A stretch of DNA of 64,000 nucleotides from a bacterium. GTDB lineage: Bacteria; Vulcanimicrobiota; Xenobia; Xenobiales; JADMJV01. The DNA lies in contig JASBRJ010000206.1 in the NCBI GenBank assembly GCA_030149525.1, positions 20,460-84,459 of the forward strand. Reading direction: 5' to 3'. The position numbers and the translations under genes are program-made. Shown here one piece after another: positions 30,596 to 38,696 of this stretch (its first letter is position 1; every line of letters begins with the position of its first letter). The notes under the pieces are model-generated. The model was not told where the DNA came from and did no database searches. It worked only from the letters and a program-made list of their open reading frames with translations.

Positions 30596-31064
30596 ATCCG
30601 TCCTTACGGATAATCACCATGAAATCAGGTACGTCTTCCCACTGAATCTCTTTGGCCGGGCGGTGAGTGTTGTCGTAGACCGTGGCGGGTCGCCAGTAGT
30701 AAAGATCGTTTCGGCGGTCCCAGAGCAAGAGACGCGGCGGCAGGTCGTTGGGTGACTCTTCGGTGTTGAAGTAGTGAAAGGCGTCCCAGGTTAAGAGAAG
30801 CCCATCGTAGGGTCCGGCCATTCCGTGACCGGGCTCGAACGCTTGAAGCTTCTCAGGAGGTGAGCCAACTCCGGCGGCGAGACCAACATGCTCGTCTTGT
30901 TTCAGTTGAAAAACGAAGGTGAAAGGGGAGCGCTGGAGGCTTATCGTGTCTCCCGGTTCGGGACGAATTCGCTTCTCCTTTTGCCAAATCGTCACCGGAA
31001 CCGGCTCGGCTAAAACCAGTTGAGAGCAGAGCAGCGCCAAAAGGCAAGCTATGAGAATTCTCAT
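30558..31064 (-). CDS. Small secreted protein
   Basis: Signal peptide MRILIACLLALLCSQLVLA. Its ATG overlaps the stop of the upstream methyltransferase gene (ATGA). Confidence 0.5.
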   Translation of the reverse strand: MRILIACLLALLCSQLVLAEPVPVTIWQKEKRIRPEPGDTISLQRSPFTFVFQLKQDEHVGLAAGVGSPPEKLQAFEPGHGMAGPYDGLLLTWDAFHYFNTEESPNDLPPRLLLWDRRNDLYYWRPATVYDNTHRPAKEIQWEDVPDFMVIIRKDGFEDTAFKIEWVD

Positions 31065-31810
31065 AGCCTGGTCCAGCAACTCGCTTGAGCCACGGACCAT
31101 TGAAATTTCCGGCCGTGCTCTCGAATCAGAAACGGCATATCCACCACATCGTCGAGAGAGAAGCTTGAGGAGAGAGCTTTCTTCAAGCTGTCCAAACTCC
31201 GAATAGCCTCCTGACCACGCATAAATCCCCCCAACCAGAAGCGGCGGGGTGTGTAGTCTTCCATCCAAGTGTAAGGAGATGTGAGGACCAGTTGCCCACC
31301 GGGGCTTACCAGCTCTTCTACCCGCTGAAGCACGGCTTGAGGGTAGGGCACTCGACACAGCAGATTGCAAGCCAGAACAATGTCGAAGTCGCCGAGGTCT
31401 CGTCGGAGATTAGTGGCGTCGCCGACCTCAAACTTCACCTTCTCCGGCCGAAATCGATCTTCCAGACGGTAGGAGAGTTCCTTGCGGAGCTCCCCTTCGT
31501 CGGCCACTGAAAAGCGAGCTTCTTTCTTTTGAGCCAATTCCTGAGCTTGAGAGATGAAGTTTTGAGAAAAGTCGATCCCGATCACTTCATCGCAAAAGAC
31601 GGACAACTCAAAACAAGCTCGGCCCACCGAGCAACCGATTTCCAGGGCGCGAGCCCCTTTCACCGGTTTCACCCGTTCGGTTACGCAGCGGGCCGGAAAC
31701 TCAAGCGCTTCGGCAGGCCCGAACTCCCAGGGGAGCACTTCCTCGGGCTTGCCGAAATGGAGGAGCAGATATTCCTCCAGGAGCTTGTCAGTTTCGTATA
31801 GGTTCGCCAT
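31061..31810 (-). CDS. Class I SAM-dependent methyltransferase
   Basis: Motif I ALEIGCSVGRACFEL and motif II DIVLACNLL. Confidence 0.75.
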   Translation of the reverse strand: MANLYETDKLLEEYLLLHFGKPEEVLPWEFGPAEALEFPARCVTERVKPVKGARALEIGCSVGRACFELSVFCDEVIGIDFSQNFISQAQELAQKKEARFSVADEGELRKELSYRLEDRFRPEKVKFEVGDATNLRRDLGDFDIVLACNLLCRVPYPQAVLQRVEELVSPGGQLVLTSPYTWMEDYTPRRFWLGGFMRGQEAIRSLDSLKKALSSSFSLDDVVDMPFLIREHGRKFQWSVAQASCWTRL

Positions 31811-32933
31811 AGACCACTTCTTTCAGGAAGTCACCGGCTCTGTAGGAGTGATACAGAATGTGAACCTTGCCGTCGCGGTAGAGTCGGACGGTCGGGGCAT
31901 CGATCTCCGGGGTCTTGTGAGGAGAGAAGAGAATATCGTCGTGGGTGGCGTTATTCTTGTCTTGGAACTTATCGGTGGTGATGTCTCCGCCCAGGTGATC
32001 GTTACGCCCGGTGGCCACATGGAAAGTGCCGAAGGCTTTCTCGTCTTGGATGTCGTGATTAGCGATGGGGTACAACTCGGTACCGAATCCCAGTTCACCC
32101 AGAAAGCCGGTGGCTTTGTCGGTTTTGACACGACGATCGAACTCTTCGATGGTCTTGGGGTTGCCTTCCACGAACTCGGCTTCCACAACGCGGGCACCTT
32201 TAACGGTGAGGAGACCGATGCTTCCGTCTTCGAACTTCATAGGGAAGTGACCCTCGCCGTTGGTGGGCACGTAGTACACTTCACCGGCGGGCAAGTTGGC
32301 AATATCAGGAGCAACCCGGCAGATGCCGTGGCTCTTTTGAGCAACTTGACCATCGAGTTCGATGCGCAGCTGATACTCTTTACCTTTGATCTTGAATTCG
32401 ATCTCGATAGCATCGGCTTCGGACATAGCCGCCCGAAGGCGCTCGGCCCGCTTGGAAACTTCCTCGTAGTCGACGGACAGACCGCTGTTGAGGATAATTT
32501 CGTTCAGACCGTGCAAGGTCGCACCTCGAAAGTTGTGGATCTTCGCACTGGCGGTGAGGGGGGCGGTGGCACTGTTGGTGCTGATGCAAAGCAAAATATC
32601 GTAATTGGGATAGATGTCTTTCTCAAAACTCAAAACCGTTCCATCAGGAGCGTAGGCTTTGTCTTCGAGGTCGAGATTGGAGCCTAGAGTTTCCTTGTAG
32701 CAGAAAAGCTCTCCGCCGGTCATACCAAGCTTCTCCATGACACCGTTTTTGAGTCCAAGGTAGAAATGCTCGTGGGCCATCTTTTGAATGCTGTTACCAT
32801 CCATCTCCAGATAGCGGAAATCTTTCACATCTTCAGGGTTCTTCAGGTCGATGAGAACGGCTACGCGCTCGCCTTTCTTCGGCTTGAAAACGGTATCCAG
32901 CAAGCGGTAGAGATCAAAAGGTGGGTATTCCAT
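31788..32933 (-). CDS. Aminopeptidase-like protein (M29 / AmpS-type, tentative)
   Basis: 381-aa product with NLPAGEVYYVP, FHVATGRND and HDDILF segments that resemble M29 metal-binding motifs. Its 3' end overlaps the methyltransferase start by 23 nt. Confidence 0.5.
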   Translation of the reverse strand: MEYPPFDLYRLLDTVFKPKKGERVAVLIDLKNPEDVKDFRYLEMDGNSIQKMAHEHFYLGLKNGVMEKLGMTGGELFCYKETLGSNLDLEDKAYAPDGTVLSFEKDIYPNYDILLCISTNSATAPLTASAKIHNFRGATLHGLNEIILNSGLSVDYEEVSKRAERLRAAMSEADAIEIEFKIKGKEYQLRIELDGQVAQKSHGICRVAPDIANLPAGEVYYVPTNGEGHFPMKFEDGSIGLLTVKGARVVEAEFVEGNPKTIEEFDRRVKTDKATGFLGELGFGTELYPIANHDIQDEKAFGTFHVATGRNDHLGGDITTDKFQDKNNATHDDILFSPHKTPEIDAPTVRLYRDGKVHILYHSYRAGDFLKEVVYGEPIRN

Positions 32934-33066
32934 AGTACACCATTCTTTCTGCGCCGAGCCCTGGGAGGCCGTGGTCCCCTCACCCCCGGTCGTTTGCGAC
33001 GCGTTGTGTTTTTTTTACCGAATATTATGCCTGTTATAACCGGGACTTAAACGGGAAATCGCATGG

Positions 33067-34245
33067 TTATCGGAGCAACCCCTTCAGGGTGATCAGGAAT
33101 TCCTCAATTTCGTCTTCGGTGTTGTAGTAGTGAAGCGAGGCGCGACACACCTCCTCAAGCTCTCGAGCTTCCATGTCAAGGCGGGCAGAACGGACGGTGC
33201 AGGTCCAGATGTTGATCTCTCGCTCAAAGAGCGCCTGTCGGAGCTCCGCCGGTTTCCAACCCTCCACGGTGAAGGTGACGATTCCACCTTGATTTCGGCC
33301 GATGTCGCGGACAGTGACACCCGGTAGCTCGTGCAACCCCTCGCGGGTTCGCCGGGCCAGCTCGACCAAACGCCGGGAAGACGCTTGCTCACCCACTTCC
33401 AGAGCGTATTCGGCCGCTCGACCCAAACCTAATTTGCCGGCCACAAAAAGTTCGTAGGTCTCAAACTTCTTGCCATCCTTTCGGACCTCGTACTTGTCTG
33501 ACTCGGTCCAGGTAGCGGCGTGGAGATCCAGAAACGGCGGTTCCAGTTTGGCCAGCCAATCGGAGCTGCAGTACAAAAAACCGACGCCGCGGGGGCCTCG
33601 TAAGTATTTTCGACTAGTAGCGGTGAGAGCGTCGCAGCCGAGTCGAGTGACGTCCAAAGGCACCTGTCCCACCGACTGACAGGCGTCGAGAAGATAAAAG
33701 GCAGGGTGCTCTTTGAGAAGTGCTCCTAACTCTTCAGCCGGTTGAATCAAGCCACTGTTGGTCGGGATGTGGTTGATCGCCACCAATCTCACCTTGGCGT
33801 CGAGATGGGCGAGCAAAGACTCAGGGCAAACCGCGCCCGTTTCGTCGTTTACTAGAACGACGATTTCGGCACCTGTGGCGCGGCAACGTTGGAGAAAGGC
33901 GATATAGTTGCTGGCATACTCGGACCGGCAGGTGAGAATCTTGTCGCCCGGCTCAAGGGGGATGGCGTAGAAGAGCATATCCCAGGCTCTGGTGGCGTTC
34001 TGAGTGACGGCCACCTCGTGGGGGGAACAGCCCACCAAGCGGGCCAGGCTGCTATAGACAGACTCCAACTCCCGGCTTTTGAGCGTTTCCGCTTCGTAAC
34101 CGCCCACCTCTTGTTCCAGGCGAAGGTAGTCTTGAACGACATCCACAACGGGCTGAGGCGAAAGGGCGGTACCTGCGTTGTTGAAGTGTATCCTTTTCAG
34201 GCAACCCGGGGTCTCTTTGCGTAGCTGTTCCAGGGTCTTTTTCAT
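33067..34245 (-). CDS. Class V aminotransferase-fold PLP enzyme (cysteine desulfurase / SufS-like)
   Basis: Fold-type I pattern with a conserved Lys region (TATSRKYLRGPRGVGFLY) and a C-terminal small domain. The start was taken at MKKTLEQL. Confidence 0.75.
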   Translation of the reverse strand: MKKTLEQLRKETPGCLKRIHFNNAGTALSPQPVVDVVQDYLRLEQEVGGYEAETLKSRELESVYSSLARLVGCSPHEVAVTQNATRAWDMLFYAIPLEPGDKILTCRSEYASNYIAFLQRCRATGAEIVVLVNDETGAVCPESLLAHLDAKVRLVAINHIPTNSGLIQPAEELGALLKEHPAFYLLDACQSVGQVPLDVTRLGCDALTATSRKYLRGPRGVGFLYCSSDWLAKLEPPFLDLHAATWTESDKYEVRKDGKKFETYELFVAGKLGLGRAAEYALEVGEQASSRRLVELARRTREGLHELPGVTVRDIGRNQGGIVTFTVEGWKPAELRQALFEREINIWTCTVRSARLDMEARELEEVCRASLHYYNTEDEIEEFLITLKGLLR

Positions 34246-34321
34246 CAATGCCTCGTCCTTTAAGTGTTTTAGAAATGTCCGTAGAGCGAGGAACCTTTGT
34301 CCATTGGTCAAAAGATTCCTC

Positions 34322-36082
34322 ATGAGTTCGTCTCAAGATGCTGACTCTCATGACCTGAGTCTCCCGGAGCTGGACGATGATTTCAATCTCCAATCGGGGC
34401 CGAGGATCGACTCGTCGGACGAGTTCCCTTTACCAAGTTTTGATTTGGATGAGGGGATCAGTCCTGATATTCTTTTCCCTATCGAGGACTTGCCGGAGAA
34501 GACATCGGAAGAGCTTCCCAAGCCCAAGCCAAAGGCCATACCGGACATCACGACTCCAAGTCTCGACGCCGACCATTTCGAGTTAGGTCTTGATGAATAC
34601 GACTTCGGTGAGCCGGAAGTTCGCAAGACGACGCCACTGGATGCGACTCAACGCATCACGCCTCCGTCTCCCCTCACCCCGCCACCGGCACCTGTCCAGA
34701 AAAATCTCACGCCCCATGTTCCTCCCAAGGCCCCAATCGAGTCTTCGGAGCTTGCGGACACTCTGGCCCGTTCTGAGGGGCCTTCTCAGCCTGTGCCCGA
34801 TTTTTCTCAGAAAGTAAAGCGCCAAGACCTGACCCCGCCGGGACCTCCCGCGACTTCTCTGGATGAAATTTTCTTCGATGATCAGCCGATATCAGCGCCG
34901 TCTCCTCAGCCCGCCGTCGAGAAGCCTCAGCTGCCCGTGACCCCCACCAGGGAGGTTTCTCAGCCCCAGCCTCCTTCGCCCATCAAGGTCGAGAAAATTG
35001 AAGAACCTGTTCCTCCCGCCCCTCCGCCGCCGAAATCCAAGGATGTTAGCCGGGCCGAGTGGGCGGAAGAAGTTCCCGTCGATCAGTTTGTTCGACAGGT
35101 CAAGATAAAACGCAAGGGTACCCCCGAGAAACCGAAATTTCGCCCCTGGATTCCGGCCGTGGGTGCGGCTCTGGTGGCTGTAGCTTTCTTCGGCTCGAAG
35201 CCCTTGTTCGCTGGAATGACAGGCTCCGATGACGTCAATGCCATGTTGGTGGTAGGCTCACTTCCCCAGGGGGAAGTCTTTCAAGGTGATGTGTCTCTCG
35301 GTACCGCTCCTTTGGCCCTCACCGGCGAGCAGATCGCCGCCGGAGACCTAGAGGTTCGCAAGCCTGGTTATGTGCCTGTGGCCGTGACGGCTGTTGGGGA
35401 GGACCAGAACAAGATCGAGAAGTTCTTTACAAAGCTTGAGGTGGCTCCGGTCGCACTTTCCTGGGATGGCTTGCCCAAGGGGTCAGTGCTCTGGTGGAAC
35501 GGTCAGAAGACAGCACCTTCGAAGCTGGGAAAAGTTGCTCCGGGGACTTACAAGGTCAAAGTCAAAGCACCCGACCGACCGGCCGTGAGTTTTGCTTTAG
35601 AGGTAGAACCGCGGGGGAAGGAATCGGGCCCCTTGTCCGTGCAGAACCGGATCACCGACGCACTGGCGAAACAGCCACAGCTGGAGGTGAGCCTGAAAAT
35701 GCCCGACGAGAAACTTACGGCGAAGAATCTTGCAGTGGCCGTGAAGAGTATCGACAAGGGGAGTTCCTTTAGCTCCTCTTTGAAAGTGTCGCATGATAAG
35801 AAGGGCAAGCTCGTCTTTCCTGGTCCAGGAAAATACAAGCTCAGCTTCTCAGGGGACGACACTTACAAACCGGTGTCTCAGACCGTGCAGCTTGCGGAGG
35901 GAGCGTCGGAGTCGGTGAGCCTGAGTCTGGTGAAACAACCGCCTCGACCAGTGGCGCGACCTGCCACCACCACGTCTCCCTCTTATCAGCCCTCCCGACC
36001 GACCTACAGGCCTTATCGTCCCACCTATCGACCGTCACGTCCCTCGGGCGGCGGAGGGCGGATCGCGCCTCCTTCGTTCTAG
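34322..36082 (+). CDS. Proline-rich single-pass membrane protein with a C-terminal beta-domain and PxYRP repeats
   Basis: Acidic N-terminus, a long P/A/S-rich linker, a TM helix (IPAVGAALVAVAFFG), a beta-rich region, and a terminal PSYQPSRPTYRPYRPTYRPSRPSGGGG repeat. Confidence 0.55.
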   Translation: MSSSQDADSHDLSLPELDDDFNLQSGPRIDSSDEFPLPSFDLDEGISPDILFPIEDLPEKTSEELPKPKPKAIPDITTPSLDADHFELGLDEYDFGEPEVRKTTPLDATQRITPPSPLTPPPAPVQKNLTPHVPPKAPIESSELADTLARSEGPSQPVPDFSQKVKRQDLTPPGPPATSLDEIFFDDQPISAPSPQPAVEKPQLPVTPTREVSQPQPPSPIKVEKIEEPVPPAPPPPKSKDVSRAEWAEEVPVDQFVRQVKIKRKGTPEKPKFRPWIPAVGAALVAVAFFGSKPLFAGMTGSDDVNAMLVVGSLPQGEVFQGDVSLGTAPLALTGEQIAAGDLEVRKPGYVPVAVTAVGEDQNKIEKFFTKLEVAPVALSWDGLPKGSVLWWNGQKTAPSKLGKVAPGTYKVKVKAPDRPAVSFALEVEPRGKESGPLSVQNRITDALAKQPQLEVSLKMPDEKLTAKNLAVAVKSIDKGSSFSSSLKVSHDKKGKLVFPGPGKYKLSFSGDDTYKPVSQTVQLAEGASESVSLSLVKQPPRPVARPATTTSPSYQPSRPTYRPYRPTYRPSRPSGGGGRIAPPSF

Positions 36083-36086
36083 CCTG

Positions 36087-36524
36087 CTAGGCCTCCGAGG
36101 ATTGCCACCAAAGGCCCTCGTCATCGCTATCGTCGCCGTCTTCGTGGACACGATAATCGCTGATATCACCATCTTTGTAACGCCATACATCGTCGACTCT
36201 GACGAACCGCGACAGTTCATGGTGAATGCGCGTTTGACCGAGTCGGTAGCGAGCCTTGAACTCCACGGTGCCCACCTGATCGTCGGGGCCACCCTCTCGG
36301 CATTCCAGAATATTGAGGCTCTCCCACTCGGGGGCCTCCCGATTGCGAACCTCGTCGGGGAGAGGATCGAGTTGGGTTTGTTCGATGTAGTCGAAGTTTC
36401 CGAGCCCGAAGGCAACGAAGCGAGAACGCATCAGTTCTTCGGCAGTGGACGGCACGGATCCGCCGTCTAGAAAGCGACCACAACACTCTTCAAAAGCTGT
36501 CTTTTTTCCACATTCGCACGACAC
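36087..36524 (-). CDS. YchJ-family (UPF0225) SEC-C motif protein
   Basis: N-terminal CECGKKTAFEECCGRF, a SEC-C-like Cys cluster characteristic of YchJ. Confidence 0.65.
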   Translation of the reverse strand: MSCECGKKTAFEECCGRFLDGGSVPSTAEELMRSRFVAFGLGNFDYIEQTQLDPLPDEVRNREAPEWESLNILECREGGPDDQVGTVEFKARYRLGQTRIHHELSRFVRVDDVWRYKDGDISDYRVHEDGDDSDDEGLWWQSSEA

Positions 36525-36630
36525 GAGGCTGCTCTTCGGTATTCAGACAAAGGAGCCTCCGTGATTTCCCTCTCTTTGCCCACCCTGAGGCCACCCTTGT
36601 AGCCTGAGGGACTACGACGAATGTTCTACT

Positions 36631-36660
36631 CTATTTTGAAAAAAAAAGTCCTCAAAATAG
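36631..36660. promoter_or_regulatory. Perfect 9-bp inverted repeat in a divergent promoter region
   Basis: CTATTTTGA-(12 nt A-rich loop)-TCAAAATAG inside an AT-rich 210-bp gap between the divergent ychJ-like and pilZ-like genes. A TATATAAT -10-like box lies at about 36696. Confidence 0.3.
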
Positions 36661-36733
36661 GAACTAGATCACTTTTGTGCAAGGGCGGTTTTCTATATAA
36701 TAAAAATATCAAAAAACAGAAAGGGTCCTAAAG

Positions 36734-37312
36734 ATGTTTTCTTTCCTGCAAAAGTTCTTTAAGAAAAAGGATCAAGTGCCTCAGGTTCAGGTGACGGGTT
36801 ACCGTGACGGGTTGTTGAGCTTCCGGTCCGAACGGGCCCTCAATCTGATCGAACAAGTTGTAGAAACTCCCACTCCGCTGGGGACCATGAAGACGAAACT
36901 CGATATTCAGTCCTACGACCCGGCGAATAAGGAATATCTAGCGAAGATCGAAGACGACGACAAGACGCTCGAAAGCTTGGACATCGACCTTTCCAAGATA
37001 GCTAGGGTCAAAAAAGTCTTGAGAGTGTCGTCACGAGATCTTCCCGCCTATATGGGACTAACTGAAGAGATCTCTTTGAGCGGTTTGCGCCTCTCCACTT
37101 CCGAGCCTCTTGAGACCGGACAACAACTAGAATTGACTATCGAATTCGACTGCAACAAAGTCGGTACCCGGAAAGTCAGAGCTACCGTGGAATGGAGCGC
37201 TCACAAAGGGGACGGAACTTGCCACTCAGGCCTTCGCTTCAACGACCTCGACTCTATCACTTTCCGAAAGCTTGCCCAGTACATTCAACTGCGACGACCT
37301 CGACCAGATTAA
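36734..37312 (+). CDS. PilZ-domain (c-di-GMP binding) protein
   Basis: RVSSR (RxxxR) followed about 20 aa later by EISLSGLRL (D/NxSxxG-like), embedded in a beta-barrel-like C-terminal half. Confidence 0.6.
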   Translation: MFSFLQKFFKKKDQVPQVQVTGYRDGLLSFRSERALNLIEQVVETPTPLGTMKTKLDIQSYDPANKEYLAKIEDDDKTLESLDIDLSKIARVKKVLRVSSRDLPAYMGLTEEISLSGLRLSTSEPLETGQQLELTIEFDCNKVGTRKVRATVEWSAHKGDGTCHSGLRFNDLDSITFRKLAQYIQLRRPRPD

Positions 37313-37358
37313 GTCTTCGAGGGGGATCAACCCACGCCCGTCGGCGATCGTCAGACGG

Positions 37359-37402
37359 CAAAAACAAAAAGGCCCGCTCCGAAAGGAGCGGGTCTTCTCT
37401 TT
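37359..37402. terminator. Bidirectional rho-independent terminator
   Basis: AAAAACAAAAA-GGCCCGCTCC-GAAA-GGAGCGGGTC-TTCTCTTT: a perfect 9-bp GC stem flanked by an A-tract and a T-tract, between convergent pilZ-like (+) and DUF883-like (-) genes. Confidence 0.65.
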
Positions 37403-37419
37403 ATCTGACCGAATGGGTG

Positions 37420-38571
37420 TTAGTTCATGGCCTGATAGATGAGGTAACCGGCACCTGCGGCGACCGCTGCCGTGACCGCTCCGGCCACAACCGGGTTCTC
37501 TTTGGCGTACTCCACCACAGCGTCGAAACCTCCACCGGCCTGGTCGATAGCTGTTCCGGCCAGTTGGGCCACCGTCTCGGGCACTCCAGCTTGGCTGAGC
37601 ACAACTCCGGTAGCGACGCCGGCACCGGCCACCATCGACGTGGCAAGAATCGGGTGATCGTAAGCCCAGGCGACCACATCGTTTTTCACTTCCACAGCGG
37701 AGCGTCCGGTGGCCTTCGCGTATTCTGCGATGCGCCCAGTCAGGGTTTTAGCCACTTCGGCTTGAACTTCTTTGTCGTTGGGGTTTTCCTTGAGCTTTTG
37801 CTCGAGTTCGTTGAAAGTCGCCTCCATAGCTTCGGCTCTTTCGCCGGTGGGCTTTTCGGGAACTTCCAGCATCGGTTTTACCAGATTTTGGTAGGCTAGG
37901 TAGCTGGCACCTCCCACGAGCAGTCCAATACCGATAGACTTCGCGGGATTTTCTTTGACCCAATTGACTACGTCGGAGGCGGTTTCGATGGCTGAGTCGG
38001 TGACCCCGAGTTGGTCGGCTCCGATTCCGATAGCCGTTCCGCCCGCGAAAGCGAGACTAGCGGCCAGATACGGATGCTTGCGGATGGCGCCGCGCATGGT
38101 CTCTACCAGTTCTTCACCTTTTTCGCCGGTGGCTTTGCTGTACTCGGCGATAGAGTTGATGAATCCTCCGGCGATCTCACCGTTGGACTGGTTGCCGTTC
38201 TCCTTCATGGACTTCGTCAAGGCGTCCAGTTGGCCGTGGAGAGCCTTCATCTCTTCGGTTTGGGCACCGGTAGAGGTTCCCGTTCCACTGTCCGGGACGC
38301 ATCCGGCGAGAGCTCCCACAGCCAGGACGCCTACCATTCCGGCGGTGAGCGCTCGTTGCCAACCAGAGAGTCCTTCCGCCTCCGGATTGCCGGTCAACTT
38401 CGTGGGCTCGGGCGCCTCTTTCGCGAAAACCGGCTTAGAGGGGAGTTCTGATGGGGCTTCCCCTTTGGTAAAAGATTCGGTGGGAGTCGCTGTCGCCTCT
38501 TCTTTTTTGGCTTGTACAGCGGCTTGTGAGCGAATAGGAGCCTTGAGTTGGAATTTCTGATTGACCTGCAT
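37420..38571 (-). CDS. Triple-repeat DUF883 (ElaB/YqjD/YgaM-like) protein
   Basis: Three copies of a ~60-aa unit ending in a glycine-rich hydrophobic anchor. The last is ENPVVAGAVTAAVAAGAGYLIYQAMN, matching the DUF883 C-terminal ENPxxAxGxAAGxG pattern. The N-terminus is disordered. Confidence 0.55.
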   Translation of the reverse strand: MQVNQKFQLKAPIRSQAAVQAKKEEATATPTESFTKGEAPSELPSKPVFAKEAPEPTKLTGNPEAEGLSGWQRALTAGMVGVLAVGALAGCVPDSGTGTSTGAQTEEMKALHGQLDALTKSMKENGNQSNGEIAGGFINSIAEYSKATGEKGEELVETMRGAIRKHPYLAASLAFAGGTAIGIGADQLGVTDSAIETASDVVNWVKENPAKSIGIGLLVGGASYLAYQNLVKPMLEVPEKPTGERAEAMEATFNELEQKLKENPNDKEVQAEVAKTLTGRIAEYAKATGRSAVEVKNDVVAWAYDHPILATSMVAGAGVATGVVLSQAGVPETVAQLAGTAIDQAGGGFDAVVEYAKENPVVAGAVTAAVAAGAGYLIYQAMN

Positions 38572-38696
38572 AATGAATCGTCTCCAATGGATTATGGCAT
38601 CAGGATACAGTAATCCACTGAAATTAATCTGAACAGACTATGAACACGCCGTTACGGAAGAAAAAGCCCGTCGTTAAGGGGTTTTTTAAGCTTTTT

